DNA from: Actinomycetota bacterium
GTDB taxonomy: Bacteria > Actinomycetota > UBA4738 > HRBIN12
DNA: 64,000 nt
Reading direction: 5' to 3'
NCBI GenBank assembly: GCA_041287635.1
Contig: JBGGNG010000186.1
Coordinates: 13,211-77,210 of the forward strand
A model generated the notes under the pieces. The model made no database searches. It saw only the letters and a program-made list of their open reading frames with translations, and had not been told where the DNA came from. Both the position numbers and the translations under genes were made by a program. Positions 9,254 through 17,569 of the stretch are shown here, piece by piece. Position 1 is the first letter of the stretch, and the number at the start of each line of letters is the position of its first letter.

Positions 9254-10410
9254 CGCACGTCGAGCAGCTCGACCTCGTTGCGGGCGGCACCCTCGCGCGC
9301 CTCCCGCACCGAGAGTTGCGCCAGGGTGGCGATCGGCTCGCCCGAGGTCCGCCAGGCCCCCATGCCGCCGCCGAGCCATCCGACCGGCGGGGCGTAGCCG
9401 GTACGCAAGAGCTGCCACGTCGCCTCCCACAGGTCGTCGGCGCGATCGAGCACGAGCACGACGTCGGCGCCTTCGGGGACGACCGTGCCCGCCCACGTGG
9501 AGAACGACGTGCCGAGCCCCACGTTCAGGGCGCCCGGCACGTGCCCCCCGGCGAACGACTCCGGCTGCCGCGCGTCGAGCACGACGGCTCCCCCCGCCCG
9601 CAGCTTGGTCACCTGCTCGACGTCGAGCGCGGGCGGCTCGGCGAGCGTGCCGAGCAGCGCGGGACCGCCCATGTTCTGGCCGCGCATGCGCTTCCAGTAG
9701 GGAGGAACCGCCGGCAGGTCCTGCAGGTCCATGCACTCGCGCACGAACACGTCCTCGCTCATGAGCCGACGCAGCATCGGGTTCGTGCGCCGCTCGTAGC
9801 CGACGGTGGTCGACAGCCGCGAGCCGATGTTGCCCCCGCAGAGCGAGCCCGCCACGTGCGTCGGGAAGACCTCGACGTGGTCGGGCAGCTCCAGGATCTT
9901 GGTCTGCAGCATCTCGCACATCGCGGCCGCGCTCTCGCGCGTCTGCTCGGCGCCGCCGAGCAGGTCCGGCCGGGCCACGTCCCCGACGAGCAACGCTCCG
10001 CCCGAGAGCAGCAGCGCCGGATCTTCGCCGACCGCGCGGTCGTGCACGAGCAGGCTCACGTGCTCGGGGGTGTGACCGGGCGTGTGGAGCGCCTCGAACG
10101 CCACGTCGCCCATCTCCACGACCTCGCCGTCACGCACGGGGCGATGGTCGTAGCCGTACGCACCGAGGGCCGACGCCAACACCGTGATGCCGGGGGCGCG
10201 CGCGACGACCTCGGAGATGCCCGACAGATAGTCGTTGTGGCCGTGGGTGTCGATCGCGTACGCGACACGGAACCCGTGCGCCCGAGCGGCTTCGAAGTAG
10301 GCGCGCACGTCGCGTTGCGGGTCGAGCACCAGAGCATCGCCCGTGTCCTCGTCGCCGACCAGATACGACGCGTGGCCGAGGCTCTCGAGGTGGAACTGCT
10401 CCAGGTACAT
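9013..10410 (-). CDS. MBL-fold persulfide dioxygenase fused to rhodanese domains (CstB/ETHE1-like)
   Basis: DTHGHNDYLSG, HTPGHTPEH, GDVARPDL, PTHVAGSLCG, then two rhodanese domains, the last with CGSGFRS. Confidence 0.9.
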   Translation of the reverse strand: MYLEQFHLESLGHASYLVGDEDTGDALVLDPQRDVRAYFEAARAHGFRVAYAIDTHGHNDYLSGISEVVARAPGITVLASALGAYGYDHRPVRDGEVVEMGDVAFEALHTPGHTPEHVSLLVHDRAVGEDPALLLSGGALLVGDVARPDLLGGAEQTRESAAAMCEMLQTKILELPDHVEVFPTHVAGSLCGGNIGSRLSTTVGYERRTNPMLRRLMSEDVFVRECMDLQDLPAVPPYWKRMRGQNMGGPALLGTLAEPPALDVEQVTKLRAGGAVVLDARQPESFAGGHVPGALNVGLGTSFSTWAGTVVPEGADVVLVLDRADDLWEATWQLLRTGYAPPVGWLGGGMGAWRTSGEPIATLAQLSVREAREGAARNEVELLDVRQPGEWREGHAADATFLTAGELPARLEEVAGDRPMAVICGSGFRSSVAASLLVAHGREALTVIGGMTAWRAAGLPVVAED

Positions 10411-10763
10411 CAGGCGACCCTTCCCGGACGGCCGGTCTCGGTCGCGATCGGCAGCCCGTGGCGCTCCCACGCGACCATACCTCCGGAGACGTTGACCACG
10501 TCGAGGCCGTGCGTGCGCAGGAACCTCGTCGCCGCCGCGCTGCGGTTGCCACTGCGGCAGATCACCGCCACGGGTCGGCTCTGGTCGATCTCGCCGAACC
10601 TCGCCGGGAGGCTCGCGAGCGGAAGGTGCGTCGCCCCCGACACGTGGCCTTCCTGCCACTCGTGGTGATCGCGAACGTCGAGCAGGGTCATCGCATCGGC
10701 CCGTTCGTGCACGGCTGCCGGGTCGATCTCGTGTCGTCCGAACATCGTCGTCGTCCTTTCCAT
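10410..10763 (-). CDS. Rhodanese-like sulfurtransferase
   Basis: LLDVR...EW..GH, active loop CRSGNRS, GGMVAW; TGATG-coupled to the next gene. Confidence 0.9.
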   Translation of the reverse strand: MERTTTMFGRHEIDPAAVHERADAMTLLDVRDHHEWQEGHVSGATHLPLASLPARFGEIDQSRPVAVICRSGNRSAAATRFLRTHGLDVVNVSGGMVAWERHGLPIATETGRPGRVA

Positions 10764-10776
10764 GTCGATCAGATCC

Positions 10777-11562
10777 TCACACCGTCGCCACGTCGACGAG
10801 GGTCACCACACCGATCACCATCACGAACACCGCGAACGCGCGCCCCAGCGTGCCGGAGCTCAGCCGCGAAGCGACGCACTGACCGCCGATCGCACCCAAC
10901 ACACCGCCGGCCGCGAAGACCAGCGCCACCGGCAGGTCGATCGAACCCAGGCCGAGGTGGGCCACCAGGCCCGCGAACGCGTTCACCGCGATCACGACGA
11001 GCGAGGTCCCGATCGCCACGGGGGTCGGCAGTTCGAGCACCAGCGCCATGACGGGCACCGCGAGGAACCCGCCACCCACGCCGAAGAGCCCGGTCAGCAC
11101 ACCGAGCCCGAACCCCGCCGCGAGCACCTTGGGGACGCGATCGGCCGTCACGCGGTCGCGGGTGGCGTCCGCGGCGGCGGCCGACATCTCGGGCTCCGGC
11201 CGGCCCGCCCGGCGCCACATGCCGATCGAGGCCACGACCATCACGACGGCGAACCCTCCCAGCACGAGGCCCTCGTCGAGGCGATGGTTCACCCATGCCC
11301 CCGCGAACGAGCCGACGATGCCCGCCGACGCGAAGACGGCGGCCGTGCGGAACCAGACGGTGCCCGCGCGCACGTGGGCGGCCGCCGCGCCGGCCGCGGT
11401 GAGCCCCACGACCAGCAGCGAGGTGGGGATCGCCTGGCGCACGGGCAAGCCCAGGCCGTACACGAGCGCGGGCACCGCCAGGATCGACCCCCCGCCGCCG
11501 AGTGCCCCGAGCGCGCCGCCGATCGCGAGGCCGAACAGCGCAGCCAGGGCCAGGTCGTCCAT
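10777..11562 (-). CDS. Sulfite exporter TauE/SafE family
   Basis: Duplicated GGGG..AVP motif (LGGGGSILAVP, FGVGGGFLAVP), AIGTSL, about 8 TM helices. Confidence 0.9.
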   Translation of the reverse strand: MDDLALAALFGLAIGGALGALGGGGSILAVPALVYGLGLPVRQAIPTSLLVVGLTAAGAAAAHVRAGTVWFRTAAVFASAGIVGSFAGAWVNHRLDEGLVLGGFAVVMVVASIGMWRRAGRPEPEMSAAAADATRDRVTADRVPKVLAAGFGLGVLTGLFGVGGGFLAVPVMALVLELPTPVAIGTSLVVIAVNAFAGLVAHLGLGSIDLPVALVFAAGGVLGAIGGQCVASRLSSGTLGRAFAVFVMVIGVVTLVDVATV

Positions 11563-11568
11563 CGAGGC

Positions 11569-11838
11569 TCAGGCCAGCTGCAGGAACAGGCGCTGCAGCT
11601 CCTCGGGGTCGTACCCCTCGGCCGCGGCCGACTCCTCGTCGCGCAGGCACGCGGTGAGGTTCGCCACGAGGTAGCGGGCCCCCGCTCGCTCGAGCGCGCG
11701 GGTCGCGGCGGCGAACTGCCTCACGACGTCGCGGCAGTCGCGGCCGTCTTCGATCATCGTCGCCAGGCCGTCCACCTGTCCCTGCACGCGGTGCAGGCGG
11801 TTCACGACCTCGCGGAGTTCGGTGGCATCCACGTTCAT
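11569..11838 (-). CDS. CsoR/RcnR-family repressor, CstR-like persulfide sensor
   Basis: RLHRVQGQVDGL, Cys35 and Cys64, with Asn60 where copper-sensing CsoR has His. Confidence 0.88.
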   Translation of the reverse strand: MNVDATELREVVNRLHRVQGQVDGLATMIEDGRDCRDVVRQFAAATRALERAGARYLVANLTACLRDEESAAAEGYDPEELQRLFLQLA

Positions 11839-11875
11839 CGGGGCTCCCTTCCCAGGCTCACGAAGGGCACAACCC

Positions 11876-11893
11876 TATACCCCCAGGGGTATA
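11876..11893. promoter_or_regulatory. CsoR/CstR-type operator TATACCCC-CA-GGGGTATA
   Basis: Perfect 8-bp inverted repeat with C/G tracts, about 40 bp upstream of the repressor start. Confidence 0.85.
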
Positions 11894-11921
11894 TTCCCCT
11901 CTCTGCGGTGACAGCGTCTCA

Positions 11922-12213
11922 TCGCTCACCGAGCTGATGCTCGGCGCCGAGATCTTCGACATCGCGGCGAGTGGGCCGAGGGGTTCCGATTCGACGAGGA
12001 CGACTTCCAGGTCGACGCGATCGACGAGGTGGGGCCGGCCGGGCACTTCCTCGACCAGGAGCACACGCTGCTCAACATGCGCGAGTTCTGGCGGGAGACG
12101 TTCGGGAGCTGCTCGCGACGCACGAGCCGGTCCCGCTGCCCGAGGGCATGGAAGCCGAGCTCGACGCGATCATGGAGACCTACGGGGCGCAGTCGCTCGC
12201 CGAAGCCCGCTGA
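11922..12213 (+). pseudogene. C-terminal remnant of a trimethylamine methyltransferase MttB-family gene
   Basis: Three frames join as SLTELMLGAEIFDIA / FDEDDFQVDAIDEVGPAGHFLDQEHT...EFW / VRELLATHEPVPLPEGMEAELDAI; no N-terminal part present. Confidence 0.7.
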
Positions 12214-12219
12214 CCAACC

Positions 12220-12242
12220 ACGATGAGTTCTAAGCTCGTCGT
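12220..12242 (+). terminator. Stem-loop after the mttB remnant
   Basis: acgatgagt-tctaa-gctcgtcgt, 9-bp stem with two G-U pairs; no U tail. Confidence 0.35.
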
Positions 12243-12384
12243 CCGTCCTACGGGGTGAGGACCACGAAGGAGGATCGATGCGCGAGGACACGGCGGGCCC
12301 GGCGGCAACGCGGGGCAAGGAATCGCAATCCCAGGAAGGGAGGGGCACCCCCCCTGTCCCTCAGCCTCGATAGGGTTGTCGGCT

Positions 12385-13410
12385 ATGTCCTCTCCCATCA
12401 TCCGGACCGAGCAGCTCGTCAAGCACTTCGGCGAGGTCCAGGCCCTCAAGGGCGTCGATCTCGAGGTGCAGAAGGGCACCGTGCTCGGCATGCTCGGCCC
12501 CAACGGGGCCGGCAAGACGACGGCGGTGCGCATCCTGACGACCTTGCTCGCGCCCACAAGCGGCCGGGCGGAGGTGGACGGGCTCGACGTGGTGCGCGAC
12601 GCCGAGGAGCTCCGGTTCCGCATCGGGCTCGCCGGACAGAGCGCCGCGGTCGACGAGAACCTGACCGGGCTCGAGAACCTCGAGCTCGTCGGGCGCCTCT
12701 ATCACCTGCCCAAGGCTGAGGCGCGACGCCGTGGCGGCGAGGTGCTCGAGCGATTCGGCCTGTCCGATGCCGCCGACCGCCCCACGAAGACCTACTCGGG
12801 CGGCATGCGACGCCGCCTCGACCTGGCAGCGAGCCTCGTCGGGCGGCCCGACATCCTCTTCCTCGACGAGCCCACGACCGGGCTCGACCCGCGCAGCCGT
12901 ATCGACGTGTGGGACTTCGTCCGCGAGCTGCAGGCCGACGGCACGACCCTGCTGCTCACGACGCAGTACCTCGAGGAGGCCGACCAGCTCGCCGATCGCA
13001 TCGCGGTCATCGACGAGGGGACCGTCATCGCCGAGGGCACGTCCGATGAGCTGAAGGACCAGATCGGTGGCGAGGTGCTCGAGCTGCACGTCGACGATGC
13101 CAGCCATCTGGCCCGCGTGGCCGAGGCGCTCAACGGTGTCGGGGCGGGTGCGCCCTCCGTCGACGCCGAGGCCCGACTGGTTCGCATCCCGGTGGGCAGC
13201 GATGGTTTCGACGCCTTGCGAGACAGCGTGCGCCTGCTCGACGAGGGGAAGATCTGGGTGGTCGACATCGCACTGCACCGCCCGACCCTGGACGACGTGT
13301 TCCTCTCGCTCACGGGCCGCGTCGCCGAGGACGGCTCCGAGTCCGGGGCCGAACCGGCGGATCGCAGACGAGGTAAGGGTCGGAAAGGCAAGGAGGAGGA
13401 GCACGCATGA
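12385..13410 (+). CDS. DrrA-family drug-export ABC ATP-binding protein
   Basis: GPNGAGKTT, YSGGMRRRLDLA, FLDEPTTGLDP, LTTQYLEEAD, PTLDDVFL. Confidence 0.92.
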   Translation: MSSPIIRTEQLVKHFGEVQALKGVDLEVQKGTVLGMLGPNGAGKTTAVRILTTLLAPTSGRAEVDGLDVVRDAEELRFRIGLAGQSAAVDENLTGLENLELVGRLYHLPKAEARRRGGEVLERFGLSDAADRPTKTYSGGMRRRLDLAASLVGRPDILFLDEPTTGLDPRSRIDVWDFVRELQADGTTLLLTTQYLEEADQLADRIAVIDEGTVIAEGTSDELKDQIGGEVLELHVDDASHLARVAEALNGVGAGAPSVDAEARLVRIPVGSDGFDALRDSVRLLDEGKIWVVDIALHRPTLDDVFLSLTGRVAEDGSESGAEPADRRRGKGRKGKEEEHA

Positions 13411-14270
13411 GCGCGGTCGCACAGACGCCCCTCGACCGACGGGCTCCCTCGAGCATCGGCGGGCGCATGAGCCTGGCGTTCACCGACGGGCTGCTCGTCG
13501 CACGGCGGAACCTGGTCACCCTCACCCGGGTGCCGACCGTCTTCATCTTCGAGCTGGTGCAGCCCGTGATGTTCGTGCTGCTCTTCCGGTTCATCTACGC
13601 GGATCAGTTCCGGTTCCTGCCGGAGGGACTCGACTACGTGCAGTTCCTGATGCCGGGCATCTTCGTGCAGAACGCGATCTTCGGCGCGACGACGACGGCG
13701 GTCGGGCTCGCGGAGGACCTGAAGACCGGCATCATCGATCGGTTCCGATCGCTGCCGATGGCGCGGTCGGCGGTGCTCGCCGGGCGCACGACATCCGACC
13801 TCGCGAAGAACCTGCTGCTGGTGCTGATCGTGATCGTGATCGGGTACCTCGTGGGGTTCCGGTTCGAGAACGGGTTCCTCTCCGCGGTGGGCGTGGTGCT
13901 GCTCGTTCTCGCGGTCGGATTCGCGTGGTCGTGGGTGTTCGCGTGCCTGGGACTGGCCCTGAAGCAGGTCGAGGCCGTGCAGGCGGCGTCGTTCACGCTG
14001 GTCTTCCCCGTCGTGTTCGTGAGCTCGGCGTTCGCGCCGGTCGAAGGCATGGTCGAATGGCTGCAGCCGATCGCTCGCGCCAACCCCGTGTCGATCTGGT
14101 GCAACCTCGCGAGGTACCTGTCGAACGGTCCGATCGGCATCACCGACCCGATCACGAACGTGCCCGTCGACACGTTCGAGAACCTGCTCGTCAAGTCGGT
14201 CGTGTGGATCGCGATCATCCTGGCGATCGCGGCGCCCATCGCCATCCGGTTGTACCGCAAGCTCGACTGA
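13407..14270 (+). CDS. DrrB-family ABC permease
   Basis: QPVMFVLLF, FLMPGI, GIIDRFRSLPM, NPVS; ATGA-coupled. Confidence 0.92.
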   Translation: MSAVAQTPLDRRAPSSIGGRMSLAFTDGLLVARRNLVTLTRVPTVFIFELVQPVMFVLLFRFIYADQFRFLPEGLDYVQFLMPGIFVQNAIFGATTTAVGLAEDLKTGIIDRFRSLPMARSAVLAGRTTSDLAKNLLLVLIVIVIGYLVGFRFENGFLSAVGVVLLVLAVGFAWSWVFACLGLALKQVEAVQAASFTLVFPVVFVSSAFAPVEGMVEWLQPIARANPVSIWCNLARYLSNGPIGITDPITNVPVDTFENLLVKSVVWIAIILAIAAPIAIRLYRKLD

Positions 14271-14332
14271 GGCTCGGAACACCACCGAGCGTCCCGGCGT
14301 TGCGGAAACCTGAGCCGCGCATCGAGTGAGGA

Positions 14333-15916
14333 GTGCCCGTGGGTCTATTCGGTTTCGAAGGTGACGACGCGCGCGAGAAGGTCATCGTGCTGCTCACGAT
14401 GTGCTTCGCGCTGGCGATGGTGATGATCGACAACACCGTCGTCAACGTGGCGCTGCCGACGCTCAACCAGGAGCTCGGCGCGAGCATCAGCGACCTGCAG
14501 TGGATCGTCGACAGCTACGTGCTGGTCTTCGCCTCCCTGCTGTTGACCGGCGGCATCCTCGGCGACCGCTACGGGCGCAAGCGCATGTTCCTGGCCGGCC
14601 TCGCGATCTTCACGGCGTCCTCGCTCGCCTGCGGGCTGGCCGACAGCAGCATGCAGCTGATCGCCGCGCGCGCCGCGCAGGGCGTCGGCGCCGCACTGCT
14701 GATGCCAGGCACGCTCTCCATCCTCACGGTGACGTTCCCACCGCAGGAGCGGGCCAAGGCGATCGGGCTGTGGGCCGGTGTCTCGGGGCTTGCCCTCGCG
14801 CTGGGGCCGACCCTCGGCGGCTACATGGTCGAGCACCTCGGCTGGGAGTCGGTGTTCTTCTTGAACGTGCCGGTCGGCATCGTCGCGTACGCGGTGGCGG
14901 TGCGAACGGTCCGGGAATCACGCTCGGACGAGGCTCGCAGCCTCGACCTCGTGGGGCTGGCGCTCGGCACCGGGGCGTTGTTCGCGCTCACGTACTCCCT
15001 CATCGAAGCGAACCAGCGCGGGTGGGACGACCCGCTGATCGTCGCCGGGCTCGTCGTCGGCGCGCTGCTCGTGGGCGCGTTCCTCGTGTGGGAGGGCCGC
15101 AACCCGCACGCGATGATGCCGCTCTCGTACTTCCGCATCCCGGCGTTCACGGCCGGCAACATCGTGGCGTTCTCCGTATCGCTCGGCATGTTCGCCACGT
15201 TCTTCTTCCTGAGCCTCTTCATGCAGAGCCCGTTCCTGCGCGGGTACACGGCGTTCGAGACGGGCCTGCGGTTCCTGCCGATGACGCTGATGATCGTCGT
15301 AACGGCGCCCAACGCCGGCCGCTACGCGTCGAAGCACGGCTCGAGGGCGCCGATGACGTACGGGCTGATCCTGGCCGGCGGCGGCCTGTTGGCGCTCTCG
15401 CGTCTCACCCCCGACACGCCGTACTGGGTCATGGGCGTGCTCTTCGCGATCATGGGCCACGGCATGGGCTCGACGATGGCGCCCATGACGGCCGCGGTGA
15501 TGAACGCCGTGGGACCCCAGCGGGCCGGGCTCGGCTCCGCGACGACGAACACGAGCCGAGAGGTCGGTGGTGTCTTCGGCATCGCGCTGCTCGGCACGAT
15601 CCTGTTCACCCGACTGGAAGCCGTGCTGGCACCGAGCATCGCCGATCTCGGCCTCTCGCCGGCGCAGCAGGAGGCGATCACGGCCGCCGCCGGCCACGGC
15701 CAGCTCGACGTCGGCGCGCTCGGACTGAACCCGGAGCAGGCTGCGGCGGTGGGCCAGGCGTTCGGTGACGCGTTCCTGAGCGGGTTCCGCTTCGCGCTCG
15801 TCGTCGCCGGTCTCGCGCTGCTCACGGCGGCGCTCATCGCGAACCGCTTCATCCCGGGGCGCGACGCCGCGTTCGTCAGGGCACCGGGCGAGGCGCCCGT
15901 CGCCGTGGAGGCGTGA
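14333..15916 (+). CDS. DHA2 (EmrB/QacA) MFS efflux transporter
   Basis: DNTVVNVALP, LGDRYGRKR, GPTLGG, W..VFFLNVP; about 14 TM helices. Confidence 0.92.
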   Translation: MPVGLFGFEGDDAREKVIVLLTMCFALAMVMIDNTVVNVALPTLNQELGASISDLQWIVDSYVLVFASLLLTGGILGDRYGRKRMFLAGLAIFTASSLACGLADSSMQLIAARAAQGVGAALLMPGTLSILTVTFPPQERAKAIGLWAGVSGLALALGPTLGGYMVEHLGWESVFFLNVPVGIVAYAVAVRTVRESRSDEARSLDLVGLALGTGALFALTYSLIEANQRGWDDPLIVAGLVVGALLVGAFLVWEGRNPHAMMPLSYFRIPAFTAGNIVAFSVSLGMFATFFFLSLFMQSPFLRGYTAFETGLRFLPMTLMIVVTAPNAGRYASKHGSRAPMTYGLILAGGGLLALSRLTPDTPYWVMGVLFAIMGHGMGSTMAPMTAAVMNAVGPQRAGLGSATTNTSREVGGVFGIALLGTILFTRLEAVLAPSIADLGLSPAQQEAITAAAGHGQLDVGALGLNPEQAAAVGQAFGDAFLSGFRFALVVAGLALLTAALIANRFIPGRDAAFVRAPGEAPVAVEA

Positions 15917-15963
15917 GAGTCGGGCGTCGAGCGCACCGGCGCCTGGTCTGACAGCATCCCGCC

Positions 15964-17037
15964 ATGGAGCTGACGCTTCGCATCATCTCGGTCCTCATCG
16001 GGGTTGGCCTGGTGGTCGCGGCGGTGACGTCGGCGGTCAAGACCGTCGTGATCCCTCGACATGCGTCGTCGGCGATCACGCGAACCGTCTTCACGGTGCT
16101 CAAACGCGCGTACGACCTGGTCACCCCGGCATCGATGTCGTTCGAGCGCCGTGACCGCGTGCTCGCCACGTACGCCCCGCTCGGCATGCTGGGCCTGCTC
16201 GTGGCGTGGATCGGCCTGACTTTCCTGGGCTACGCCGCGATCTTCTGGGGGCTCGACGGCGGCACGAGCGCGACGGTGGCGATCGAGCTCTCCGGGTCGT
16301 CGCTGCTCACGCTCGGGTTCCTGCGGCCTTCCACGTTCTGGCTGATGATGGTGTCCTTCACCGAGGCCGCGATCGGCCTGTTCCTGCTCGCCCTGTTGAT
16401 CACCTACCTTCCCAGCATCAACGGCGCGTTCTCACGCCGCGAGCAGGGGGTGACCGCGCTCTCGGTGCGCGCCGGCGAGCCGCCCTCGGGCGTGGAGATG
16501 GTGCTTCGCTTCTGGCGACTCGAGCGTATGTCCGAGCTGCACGAGGTCTGGGTCGAGTGGGAGCGCTGGTTCGTCGACGTCGAGGAGACGCACACGTCGT
16601 TCTCGGCGCTCACGTTCTTCCGCTCACCGCAGACCGACCACTCGTGGGTGACGGCGGCGGGCGCGGTGCTCGACGCGGCGGCGCTGACGACCTCGACGAT
16701 CGACGTCCCCCACGACGTCCAGGCCGACATCTGCATCCGGGCGGGATACCTGTCGCTTCGGCGCATCGCCGAGGGGTTCGGCATCCAGTTCGACCGGGAG
16801 CCCGCAGCCGGCGATGCGATCTCGATCACGAGGCAGGAATGGGAAGACGCGATCGACGACCTGGCCGCCGACGGGGTGGCGATCCGGGCCGACCGCGACC
16901 GGGCCTGGCGGGACTTCGCCGGGTGGCGGGTGAACTACGACACGGTGCTGCTCGAGCTCGCCGACCTCACCGACGCGCCGTACGCGATGTGGTCGTCGGA
17001 CCGGGGCGTGCTGCACCCAGCTACGCGCCGGGCTTGA
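15964..17037 (+). CDS. Membrane protein with ion-channel-like pore segment
   Basis: TM helices flanking SGSSLLTLGF, then EAAIGL..LALLITYLP and FFRSP...SW; large soluble C-terminal domain. Confidence 0.65.
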   Translation: MELTLRIISVLIGVGLVVAAVTSAVKTVVIPRHASSAITRTVFTVLKRAYDLVTPASMSFERRDRVLATYAPLGMLGLLVAWIGLTFLGYAAIFWGLDGGTSATVAIELSGSSLLTLGFLRPSTFWLMMVSFTEAAIGLFLLALLITYLPSINGAFSRREQGVTALSVRAGEPPSGVEMVLRFWRLERMSELHEVWVEWERWFVDVEETHTSFSALTFFRSPQTDHSWVTAAGAVLDAAALTTSTIDVPHDVQADICIRAGYLSLRRIAEGFGIQFDREPAAGDAISITRQEWEDAIDDLAADGVAIRADRDRAWRDFAGWRVNYDTVLLELADLTDAPYAMWSSDRGVLHPATRRA

Positions 17038-17500
17038 AGACCATGTCGAGCACGACCAGGACGAGCACGGCGTAGTCGACGCGCGACACCGTGACCAGGC
17101 GATCGCGCATCGCGGTCACGCCTGGGTCGTCGACGCCCTTCTCCTCGGCGAGCCTCGCGATCTTGCCGCCGGTCGGACCGAGGAAGAGCGAGCCCGTGAG
17201 GGCGGTCGCCACGATGCCGATCAGCGCGAGCGTGATCCAGAGCTCGAAGGCATAGGGGCCGTACCAGACCATCGCGATGCCCGAGAGCAGCACGATGACC
17301 GACGCCGGCATGAACAACCGCTGCCCGATGTGCTCGGCGTCCTTGCCCAGCTGTAGGAACCCGGCGTTGTCGTTCGCCCGCTTGAACTGCGCGATCTTCA
17401 CCTGGAAGAAGAACGCACCTCCCACCCAGACGATCGCCGCGAAGACGTGCACGAAGACGATCGCCTTGTACAGGGTCGTGTTGAACGCGAGCAGTTCCAT
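17021..17500 (-). CDS. DUF2269-like membrane protein
   Basis: HVFAAIVWVG, four TM helices, C-terminal MVFKP. Confidence 0.75.
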   Translation of the reverse strand: MELLAFNTTLYKAIVFVHVFAAIVWVGGAFFFQVKIAQFKRANDNAGFLQLGKDAEHIGQRLFMPASVIVLLSGIAMVWYGPYAFELWITLALIGIVATALTGSLFLGPTGGKIARLAEEKGVDDPGVTAMRDRLVTVSRVDYAVLVLVVLDMVFKPGA

Positions 17501-17569
17501 CGCCGAGCACCCTCCCGTGTCGGACCGGCTGCGGGACGATACCGCCGGGGCGGCGTCGGGGGAAGCACG

